64,000 nt of DNA from Alphaproteobacteria bacterium (GTDB lineage Bacteria > Pseudomonadota > Alphaproteobacteria > Rs-D84). Of the stretch, positions 19,787 through 30,500 are shown piece by piece; the stretch's first letter is position 1; each line of letters starts with the position of its first letter. The notes beneath the pieces were generated by a model. The model had not been told where the DNA came from, did no database searches, and saw only the letters and a program-made list of their open reading frames with translations. The position numbers and the translations under genes are program-made. The stretch is taken from NCBI GenBank assembly GCA_017409215.1, contig JAFQTD010000007.1:6850-70849 (forward strand), in the 5' to 3' direction.

Positions 19787-20817
19787 TCTGGATACTCCGT
19801 AATTTTATTCAAATTTTCATAACCGATTATAATATCATTATATCTATCATTTGCGATTAATGCATCATTACAATTTTGAATAATATCATCCAGCAACGTA
19901 ACCGCATCTGCACGTACAGATTCTATTTTACCATGTATTTGCTTTCTATTACCTGCATTAATTGCCAAATTTGCGGCAATACTTGCAACTGCCGCCACAG
20001 CAACCGCCGTTGTTGCACCTTTTATTTTGTTTTCTATTTTTTCTTTATCTGCCGCCCATTCTGCTGCATCTTCACTGTTTTCATCGGACAATGCGCGCGC
20101 CACAGAAGTAAATGCACCATCCGTCTTGCCAATTGCCTCATCATCGTACAAGCCGGCTGTTGCACTATCTAAAATTTCTTCACTTTCCACCCCAGGCTTC
20201 AATCCCAAAGACTCTTTACGCGCCTTCAAATCTGCCGCCAATGTTTTATACTCGCCCACCAAAGACATCAATTCATTCCCCCCTGGCAACTCTATTGCTA
20301 TTTCACCACCTGCAACTCTTTTTCCATCCGCCCAATCACAGGCAAATGTTGCCAAATAAGCTTTCATTTGCATTTCTGCATCTTCCATTGATTTTTTTTC
20401 AGACAATGCGGATGCTAATTCCATACCACCAATTCCCATCGCCGCCATTGATGCGCCACCCAATAATTTATTTGCTGTTGACCGCTCATTTTCACGCGCG
20501 GCATCATATTCAGCCTGTGCATCATCGACCTTTTGCTGTTGCCATTCAGCCAGACTCATTTCTTCAAATGAATTTATTTCTTGTACTGCCTTTTCCAGCA
20601 TTTGATACAAATCGCGTCGTTCCTGGTTGCGTGATGTTGACCAACCAAGGTTTTCAACTAAATAATTTAGGTATTTTACATCATCAAAAACCTGTGCTGT
20701 CTCGGGATTATCTTTTGCATCTGCAGCCTTTAAATAATCATCTACCGCATCAGCAAGCGCCCCGTATGACACACACAGGGCAACAGTCAGCATAAAGACA
20801 CGAAATATATTCAACAT
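19774..20817 (-). CDS. hypothetical secreted protein (about 347 aa), coiled-coil plus Ala/Gly-rich hydrophobic segments
   Basis: ATG 20817 gives MLNIFRVFMLTVALCVSYGALA (the ORF-track start 20844 is TTG). Contains GGASMAAMGIGGMELA and TTAVAVAAVASIAANLAINAG. Confidence 0.6.
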   Translation of the reverse strand: MLNIFRVFMLTVALCVSYGALADAVDDYLKAADAKDNPETAQVFDDVKYLNYLVENLGWSTSRNQERRDLYQMLEKAVQEINSFEEMSLAEWQQQKVDDAQAEYDAARENERSTANKLLGGASMAAMGIGGMELASALSEKKSMEDAEMQMKAYLATFACDWADGKRVAGGEIAIELPGGNELMSLVGEYKTLAADLKARKESLGLKPGVESEEILDSATAGLYDDEAIGKTDGAFTSVARALSDENSEDAAEWAADKEKIENKIKGATTAVAVAAVASIAANLAINAGNRKQIHGKIESVRADAVTLLDDIIQNCNDALIANDRYNDIIIGYENLNKITEYPECRE

Positions 20818-20912
20818 CTCTCTACACGATACTAGCAAATTCAAAAAATCAACACAACAAGAATATATTTATCTGGACAAATAAAAATGATTTCTATAAA
20901 ATATCCATCATT

Positions 20913-20986
20913 GCGGGCGTGGTATAATGGCAGCACGTCAGCTTCCCAAGCTGAAGACGAGGGTTCGATTCCCTTCGCCCGCACCA
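20913..20986 (+). tRNA. tRNA-Gly (anticodon CCC), CCA encoded
   Basis: Acceptor gcgggcg/cgcccgc, anticodon loop ttCCCaa (20945-20947), T arm gaggg-ttcgatt-ccctt. Confidence 0.95.
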
Positions 20987-21110
20987 AGAATTCAACCGGC
21001 CTTGTGCCGGTTTAATTGTTGGCTATGCGGCGTTGGAATTGAACCCGACCAAGAGGGTTCGGGGCGTCAGTTGACGAGAACAAGTAAATACGCAGTTCGA
21101 GTCTTACGTA

Positions 21111-21172
21111 GCGAAAGGGGCCCATGGAGTGAAAACGAACATGGGAATCAGACATTCCCTTCGCCCGCACCA
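21111..21172 (+). repeat. 62-nt unit ending in a copy of the tRNA-Gly 3' end (copy A)
   Basis: gcgaaaggggcccatggagtgaaaacgaacatgggaatcagac plus attcccttcgcccgcacca. The last 19 nt are identical to 20968-20986. Confidence 0.9.
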
Positions 21173-21297
21173 CCAATTTTCACCGCAGTGATAGCAAGGG
21201 CTGAAAATTGAGTGCCTCGCCGTAGCATTGCTCGAAACAATCTAAATAACTTTACATTTATCGGCGAAGGCGGGCTTGACAATCATATAAAATCTTT

Positions 21298-21359
21298 GCG
21301 AAAGGGGCCCATGGAGTGAAAACGAACATGGGAATCAGACATTCCCTTCGCCCGCACCA
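21298..21359 (+). repeat. 62-nt unit ending in a copy of the tRNA-Gly 3' end (copy B)
   Basis: Identical to 21111-21172. Followed by agaatt plus a hairpin and about 75 nt resembling the flank after the real tRNA (20987-21063). Confidence 0.9.
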
Positions 21360-21464
21360 AGAATTAATCCGACCCCTGTGGTCGGATTTATTATTGGATT
21401 GTGGCATTGGAATTGAACCCGACCACAAGGATTCGAATACCCCCAAACAATAATTCATTTATAA

Positions 21465-21491
21465 CAAAAAATCCCCCACACATGGTGGGGG
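21465..21491 (-). terminator. rho-independent terminator of the giant gene
   Basis: Minus strand reads cccccac-catgt-gtggggg followed by attttttgtt, 12 nt after stop 21503. Confidence 0.8.
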
Positions 21492-21502
21492 CAGGGTGCA
21501 CA

Positions 21503-24500
21503 TTATTGATAATCATTCACAACCGAATAAGTCGTATTATCAACATCTTTGACCTTTAATTTTCCGGACAATGCTGTACTCATTGCGCCATAAAAGATAT
21601 CGTCACCAACCCTCACATTCAATGCGGGCGACGTTCTTGGCGAACTACGCAGATATATAACTTCACTGCCTGCATGCAGTTTTCGTCCACAGTCATCTGC
21701 TTCATTTGCACCAAAACCATACCCGATTGTTGTCAATGGTGCAACACACTGACCACGATTTGCACTGATACTGCCCTGCGGAACTATACCGCCGGTGCCA
21801 TAATACCCCGCACCAACATTTTCACACACACCACCAGCTGTTGCTACATATTCACCAGCCCCACAATAAATCATACAATCCGACACCACATCATGCTCTG
21901 TCGCAGTGTTTCCAACAATCCCATAGCCAGAATTTGCCTTAAATATCTGCAGGTTCGCAACATTCTTGTCTAGTATCGCCTGTCTTGTTGCCGTTGTTGA
22001 ACCATCTACACTACGTAATGCCAGAACCAACAAATATTTCGCATCAACCGGTGTCCTATAAACAAAACCTTTATCAACAGCTCCTGCATCTACAAAACCA
22101 GAAACCTGAACACCTGTTGCAGGCTCTGACGTAGTTGTTCCAACAAACATACTACCCTTTCCTCTCATTCCACTAATTTGATAAATAGTATTTCCTTCGA
22201 CTGGAACAAAAACCACAGCATTGTTCTCAAAGGCAGTTAACCCAACTGCATTTGTGGAATTAAAGTAGCCCCAATACATTCCATAGTCATCTGCATTAAA
22301 CAAGTTTTCACCAACTGCGCATGTATTAACTGTTGATACACCACCTTGTTTTACGGTATTTGCGCCGACATACCAGTTTCCACTTGGTGTTGTACATGTT
22401 GTTGCATTCGCGGTTGCAATCTGAGTACCCGCCGGACACGATATTGCGCAATCATTCGAACTATCGTGATCTGTCTGCGTTGTTGTACTTGGTGTTGCAT
22501 AGTTCGTCAAACAAGACTTCTTATTCGTCCCAGATGTCCCCCCTGCTGAAACAGTATGTTGTGCACTATACCAAGACCCACTTGGCGTTGTACACGCGGC
22601 ATCTATATTGGCAACAACCTTACCAGCCGCACATGTAATCGTACAATCAGACTTTGCATCATGACTCGTTGCTGTTTCATTATTCACTGTCGCATAGCTT
22701 GTTGGACAACTACTTACTTTACTCAAGCTCTTTGATGTACTGCCGTATGCAACAATATGCTCTGCGGTATACCAACTTGCGCCATAGGCTGTATTATTCG
22801 GCGTACTACACGCTGCATTCGCGGTCGCAACCATTGTACCTGCCATACAGGTTGTCTTGCAACTTGCGGCGCCTGCGTGATCTGTTGCTGTTGTACCCGA
22901 ATTGCTGTACCCCTTGTCTGTGGCACAGGCTGAACAAGCACCCGCCCCAGGATCAGAGTACTGATTCGCCCCACATGTATCACAGCTGGATGTACTGCCG
23001 TATGCAACTGTATGCGCGCCTTTATACGTACCAGCCGCACAATTTGTCGCACTGGTTGCATTTGTGCTTGCAACATATTTACCACTCAGGCTATTTGTAT
23101 AACACGCACTTGCACCACCACTATTGCCAGCCGTACTGTTTGGATAGAACCCACTTGCCAATCCACTGCATGCACTACATGCCGTACCATTTACATAGTA
23201 ATTTGCATTTGCCTTCAACGCAGTTGTCACACTTGATGCACCCCACTGTGTCGAACTGGTCGCCGTCTGTGTAATACCACCGCTTGAACAATTTGCAGGC
23301 TTTTGGCTCTGCTTACAGCTTGTATATGTTGTCCACCCAGTGCCTGTACTATCTACCTTGGACCAACCGCTGGTCAGGGCAGGGCAACTGGTACAACTTG
23401 CCGCACCAGCCGCAGAATAAGACCAGTTCGCACATGTATCACAGCTGGACGTACTGCCGTATGCAACTGTATGCGCGGCCTTCGCAGTTCCCGCCGCACA
23501 AGTCGACAATGTAGAACTATTTTCAGTCCCAACATATTTACCATCTGCGACACTTATCTTGCACTCAGATTGTGTCTTCAAGCCCGTACCACCTGCGGTA
23601 TAACTGCCCGGACAGTCTTTATTGCCACCAACATTGTCATAATACAGTGTCACAGCAGGGCAATAATCACCACTTGGGCATGTTGTCAGCGCAAGATCCG
23701 ATGCTGCTCTTAAATAACTGCCCGCCGTTGTTGTAAAGTAGCAATCCGATCTTGCATCAGACCCTGCTACGCTATTCTTATACAGTCCCCCACCTAATGC
23801 AGCGCAACTATTCGGACACGACGTTGACGACCCTTCTGTATCCGCATAACAACCCGCAGTGACCTTTGTTTGTGCGCTTGCGCCAGCAGGTGCATAATAC
23901 CCAGCATCTGCAATGGTTTGTACAACCGCACCATCAGGACTATAATAACCCGCACTTGTTTTACCACAAACCTTGCCGTTCATACAATCTACGCCTTTAC
24001 ACGATGCATAATCTCTCCCTGAAACCCATTCGTCTGCGGTCTCTATAATCGAATAGTATCCACCTCCACACGCAGTTGGCGCATACGTTTGACAGCTACT
24101 ATTTGCGCCACCGTATGTACCATCTGTCTTGTTATAATAACACAATGTTCTGAACGTAGCAGTACTATCTACGTCATTAAAAAGCGCATAACAACCACCA
24201 ATAGAACCATGAATATTATTTGTCCACCAACCACTATATCCTGACACACGATTTGCCAATTCTCCTGTTACCGCTGGACATTCTGAACACGCAGACGCAC
24301 CAGCCCCTGAATACAACAAGCGCCCATTTGCCCCAGTCCCAGTTGAACAACTGCCACACGAATACCCTGATACACACGTTCCTGTCGCTGTTGTTCCACC
24401 GCCCGCAGAATAATATCCCGCACTGACATTACCAGTCACAGCTGTGGTCGCAGTTTGCGCGACATCACTTACAGCCTCGCAATATTTTCCCCCTGGGCAT

Positions 24501-27500
24501 ACTGCGCAACCTGCACCTGCGGTTGGCACATAATATCCTGCTTCACAACTAAGCTTGCAACTTGCGGCACCTGCGTGATTTTCCGCCACATCACCCGAAT
24601 TGCTATACCCCTTGTCTGTGGCACAGGCTGAACAAGCACCCGCCCCAGCATCAGAGTACTGATTTGCCTCACAAACATCACAGCTGGACGTACTGCCGTA
24701 CGCAACTGTATGCGCAGCCTTCGCAGTTCCCGCCGCACACTTATCCCAGTTACTGCTATTATCACCAGCTGTACCAATATAATAACCATCGCTAACTGTT
24801 ATTTTACAACTCGCAACCCCAGCATGTGATGCTACTGTTGTACCACTATTCTTATAGTCTGTTGGACATGCTGTACAACTGCTTGCACCAGCATCAGAGT
24901 ACTTATTATCCGCACAAACATTTGGACATTCCGTAGTAGCACCAGCACTACCATAACATCCAGCACTAATCGCAGAACAGCTTGTTGCAGTACTACCATT
25001 CGTTGCTTGATAAGTACCCGCCGCACAGGCTGTACAAGAACCAGTCGTATTTGTTCCTGCGGCACTAGAATATTTTGACCCCGCCTTACAGTTAGAAATC
25101 TTGCACAGATTTGTTACCTTGTTTGCAGACCAACTTGGCGTTGCCCAACTATTATCATAATCATTATTATTTGCACACGCACTACATGTTGCCGAAGTAT
25201 TCCCCGTTGCAGTGGTTGTTGTACCTGCTGCACAGGCTGTACATGCCGTATTACCTGTATCAACCGCATAAGAACCTATGGCACACGCAACACACGCACT
25301 TGCTGCCGAAGAACCTGTACTTGCATTATACTTACCTGCGGCACATGGTGTGCGTCCACCTGTACTATTATAATTAACCTTTACACTACCTGGACAATAA
25401 CCACCGGCAGCACATGTTGTTTCATCTGCCTTTGCGGTCGCAATATACTTCCCCGCCGTCGTTATACCATAACAAGCTGTATTTGTAGTGGCTCCCTCAG
25501 CAGACGTAGTATAAAAATCACCCAACGTTGTACAGGCATTTGCCCCCCAAGATTCTTCGTAAGTACCTGTATTACATACCGGCACTGTTCCACCAGGACA
25601 ATAACTATTCTCCGGACATTTTACCGCTTTTTTATAAAGCATACTCTTTGTATTAGGTTGTCCATTTGTAGTACAATATGTGCTACTATAACGTTCTGTT
25701 AAATAATAACCAGCCTTAACACTTCTTGCATATACACTTCCCTTATCTGAATCATAACGACCTGTCGTTGAATTGTACCTCGCACTCTCAACACTAAAGT
25801 TTGAACATGGTGTTGAAACCGTCATTATAGCCGGACATTGTGTTATCGCACTCAAGCCCGTATTCGAAAAAGTCTGATAACCAGATGACACCACAGATGA
25901 ATTAGACGTAGTTGCATCAGGACAACGCGCAGTCAACCAATCTATTTCGCTTACAGTTTCCTTATATGTACTACTTGCTGGATCAGGACAACTCTCTCTG
26001 CCACCTACACTTGGATACCCCAAAATCACAGCTGGGCAATAATACTTTGCCTCGCACTTAGTTTGTGCTTCATCTGTTGAATTTGCAACATAATACCCAC
26101 CAGTTGTTATTACATAGCAATCCGCTGGCGCGCTAGAACCTTCTGCACTATCCTTATACAATCCGCCCCCTAATGTAGAGCATGCTGTTGGCTCACTCAC
26201 TCCCTCAGAACAATAACTGCCTGCAGGACATGTTGCAGAACCGCCTGTTGTGTTACGTCCACTAACTGTTCCGCCCTTATAAACAGTACTGCCACCTGCA
26301 CAATATTTTCCTGCTGGACAATCCACCTCGCCAGCCCCGACTTCCTTTACGTACTTGGTCGCACTGGTTATCAAATAACAATCATTTTCATCATCAGAAC
26401 CAGCTGCAGATCGCGAATATGGCACCGCACATACATTCAATCCACCACCATTCGTACCAGACTTGCCATAATAAACCATCGTAGCAGGGCAGTAATTGCC
26501 ATTCGTACACCCAGTTTGTGTAGAACTATTTGCGGTCGCAATATACTTCCCCGCCGTCGTCGTACCATAACAGTCACTTGCTGCATCAGAACCAGTTGAA
26601 TCTGTTGTTGTATAGAAACTGCCCAACGTTGTACATGCGGTTTGCGTTGTTGCGCCTGTTATCGCAACATAATTGTTCTTGTCTGCGATTGTACACGCAA
26701 CCGTCCCAGCACTTGCCTTATAATATCCTTTTGCACACGCAGTACAACTGCTTGCGCTTGTTCCACCATATCCCGCCGCACATACACACGCAGATGACGA
26801 TGTTGCTGTTGTCGTCGTAGTTGTCGTATTTGCATACGTGGCACTACATGCGGTCTTATTCAGCCCACCTGTACAATAATTTCCTGTACCACATACTGCG
26901 CAAGAAGTATTTCCATTTGCAGACGTTCCATAATACCCCGCATTACACGTCCATGGGCACGATGACGAAGTATTTCCTGTTGCGCTTGTATAAACCGCAT
27001 TTTCTGGTTTATTCGAACACGCAGTACGTCCTTGGATTTGACCATTATAAGAATACGACACAGCAGTACTTGGGCAATAATACCCAGATTCACAGACCTT
27101 GCACGCTGTCACGTTCAAGTATTCACCCGCCTTGCAGTCATATCCATTTATTGTCCATCCTGCATACAGTGTTGCATTTTCTGTTTTGTTCCAATTGCGC
27201 GCGCTGGCACCTGCCGCCGTATAATACTGCACCCCGGCTGCATAATCCGCATTATCATACCAACCGACAAACGTATAACCGGCGCGGGTTGGGGCGGTTG
27301 TACTAATCGCAGGCATTGCCGCCGCATATGTCGCGGTCACATTGGCACTTTGTCCACCTGTACCACCATTTACATTAAACGATACAGTGTATGTCTTTGC
27401 GGTACATGTTGGGGTTGCTGTATCTGCATTACCAAGCGTATAACCCGCACTACACGATGTCGTATAATCAACATAACCATACGTTTTTATTTCCAACGAA

Positions 27501-30500
27501 CACGTACCACCGACCGGCACAGTACAATTCCTGGCCCAGGCCGCATACAAAGTACTTGCGCCTGTAATCAACCATGATTTACTTGAATCTGCCGCAGTAC
27601 CATCAGTCGAAAAGTATCTGGTATTGCTGCTGTTATCAGATGAAACGTCATCTAAATCCTCTACATAAAATCCGCGGAAAGTATAACCAGTACGTGTCGG
27701 CACGATATTCGCTGTTGTCGTGTATGCGGTTGTACAGTTACTATTTGCATACCATGTACCACTTCCTGTCTTTTTATACAGGGTTTTCACACTGCCCTGG
27801 GTACCACCATTTGCATTCAGCGTCACCGCATTACAATTCGCATTCCATTGTGCGGTCAGGGTAATCGCAGAACCCGTACTTACATTTTTCAGACTGCCAC
27901 CCGCAGCAATAATATCACCATCACACGCGGTTGTGCCACCTGTACACTTCCAACCCGCAAAGGTATAACCTGTACGTGTATATGTGTTCGCTGGCGCGGC
28001 ACAATCCGAACCATATGTGCACGATGTCGGTGATGTTGGTGCAGAACCACTGCCACCATTCGCCGCATAGGATACAGTATATGTATTCGCGGTCCATTGT
28101 GCGGTCAGGGTAATCGCAGAACCCGTACTCACATTCTTCAGACTGCCACCTGCGGCGATAATATCACCATCACACGCGGTTGTGCCACCTGTACACCTCC
28201 AGCCCGCAAAGGTATAACCTGTACGTGTATATGTGTTCGCTGGCGCGGCGCAATCCGAACCGTATGTACACGATGTCGGTGATGTTGGCGCAGAGCCACT
28301 GCCACCATTCGCCGCATAGGATACAGTATATGTATTTGCGGTCCATTGTGCGGTCAGGGTAATCGCAGAACCTGTGCTTACATTCTTCAGACTGCCACCT
28401 GCGGCGATAATATCACCATCACACGCGGTTGTGCCACCTGTACACTTCCAGCCCGCAAAGGTATAACCTGTACGTGTATATGTGTTCGCTGGCGCGGCAC
28501 AATCCGAACCGTATGTGCACGATGTCGGTGATGTTGGTGCAGAACCACTGCCACCATTCGCCGCATAGGACACAGTATATGTATTCGGAACACATTGTGC
28601 CGTTGACGGAACCGACCCGAACACCGCAGCCCGGAATGCGAGAGAGTTCGTAGCATTGCTCCGCAGGGGGTCCGCACAGCCTTGCGCACAGGAGTCCGCG
28701 CAATTGTCGACACTGACGTTGTAGTCATAGTTGAACACCCACGAGCCAGACAAGCTTTGTACACTGCCACCAACCGGCGTATAGCCATCCAAAGTACAAT
28801 AACAATATTGACCCGTACTGTCCGGCAGGGTGGAACTTATCGTCACATCACCTTCCCATACCGCGGTACCAGATTGACTGCTGCATTGCGCACGACCCGT
28901 TATACTGCCCAAATCACCATAATCAACACTAAATGTCATAGTTGATGAATCATTTGTATAATCATCCCCACGAACTGTGCCAATCGTACTGTTCAGGTCT
29001 ATGCCACTGCCTGGTTGTACACTGTACCCGCTTGCACACCCCGTCGCATCACATGCATTCGTGCCATCTGAATATACGCGTCCGCTGACCGTCGTCGCAT
29101 TCAATACATCCGATGCAGTACACGCACGATAACAATCGCTTTCCGAATCAGAACCCGCATCACTGTTGCCATAGCCAGATGGACAGGCACTCTGTCCTTG
29201 AATTTGTCCGTTATAAGTATACGAACCACCTGTACAATACGACCCCGCCATACATGTTACACAGCCATCCCCATTCAAATACTGCCCCGCCGAACAAGTA
29301 TATGTATATGCGGTACATGTTGGGGTTGCTGTATCCTCGTCCGCGATTGTATAACCGTTTGCACAGCTGGTTATATAATCAACCTGGCCCATTGATCCAA
29401 TTGATATTGAACACTTTCCATGTTCTGGCACTTCACAATCCTGAACCCACGATGCATATAATGTCTTGTTTGTTGATATAAGCCACCCGTGCGCAATAGT
29501 TGTTGTGCCAATCAGCGGTGGCACCCCACCATCATAGTCTGATGTTATGTCTGCGTATTCATCGGACAGATTATCCGGATAGAAACCACGAAATACATAC
29601 CCAGAACGTGTTGGAACCAATGTAGACAAATCTGAAAGTGTCACTGTACATGAACTGTCCGTAAACCAACTATCTTCGCCCGTTTTTTTATACACAGTCA
29701 CAACACTGCCTGATGTACCACCATTTGCATCTAATGTCACCGCATTACAACGCGGATTCCAGTCAATTGTAAAGTCAACTGATGTCGGCACAGAAACCCT
29801 TTGTCCAGGCAACGCAGTCACAGTGTTCGATGTACCATTATTCATAAATGTACCATGCCATGGCCCTGCAATTACATAGCCATCGCGCACAGGTGCCGGT
29901 ACCGGTGAATAGGTTGCAGATCCACTCCACTGTGCATACCATGTCGGGTTTTCATTGGCTGAAACCAATGCTGTCATACCATCTGTTGTAATATAACCAT
30001 TGGCATCAATATATTGCGTACCACCACTGGGGGCGCTGTAATACCCCATAAACACAAGTTGATCCAAACGAACCCTTGTCGGTTCAACCGTACCACCATT
30101 CGCATCAAACGTCAATATTGGCACATTTCTTGGTATTGTTATTGGATATGTCTCTGGTGTCATTGTTTGGGTCATCGCAGAATCCAAGTACACACGTGCG
30201 GCCCCCAATCGACCATACAAGGCACTTGTACCATTTGATGTTGCGAAATTATTATTCAACGTAATAATTGCAGTCGCAACACACGCACCCGACGCATATA
30301 CCCCACCAGACGTATATCCATCTGCACATTGATAATGCGCATACCACGTTGTATCCGCCGAAACATTACAACTGGTCGACGTGCTCAAGACCCCAGTTGA
30401 CGATATACACTGCGTCCCAGTATTTGCACTGTTGGTGCTGGTCAAATAATGCCCCAGATATGATGCATTGGCCTTGCTTGGCACCGTCACAGATGTAATG

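Noticed and set aside
21111-21359. Possibility that the tRNA-like 62-nt units are pieces of a permuted two-piece tmRNA (as in Alphaproteobacteria)
   Set aside because: The acceptor strand is that of tRNA-Gly (G3 pairs with C70, no G3:U70 alanine identity). No resume codon or tag ORF ending in a hydrophobic tail, and no pseudoknot-like sequence, is visible nearby.
20927-21458. ORFs 20927-21211 (+) and 21258-21458 (-)
   Set aside because: They run through the tRNA-Gly gene and the tRNA-derived repeat units. They have no SD, and their apparent similarity to each other is just the translated repeat.
27839-28585. CRISPR-like or satellite array
   Set aside because: The repeats are contiguous without spacers. 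They are exactly 249 nt (83 codons) and in frame within a long ORF. The same reasoning applies to the 60-bp units at 62715-63134 and the 90-bp units at 40798-41157.
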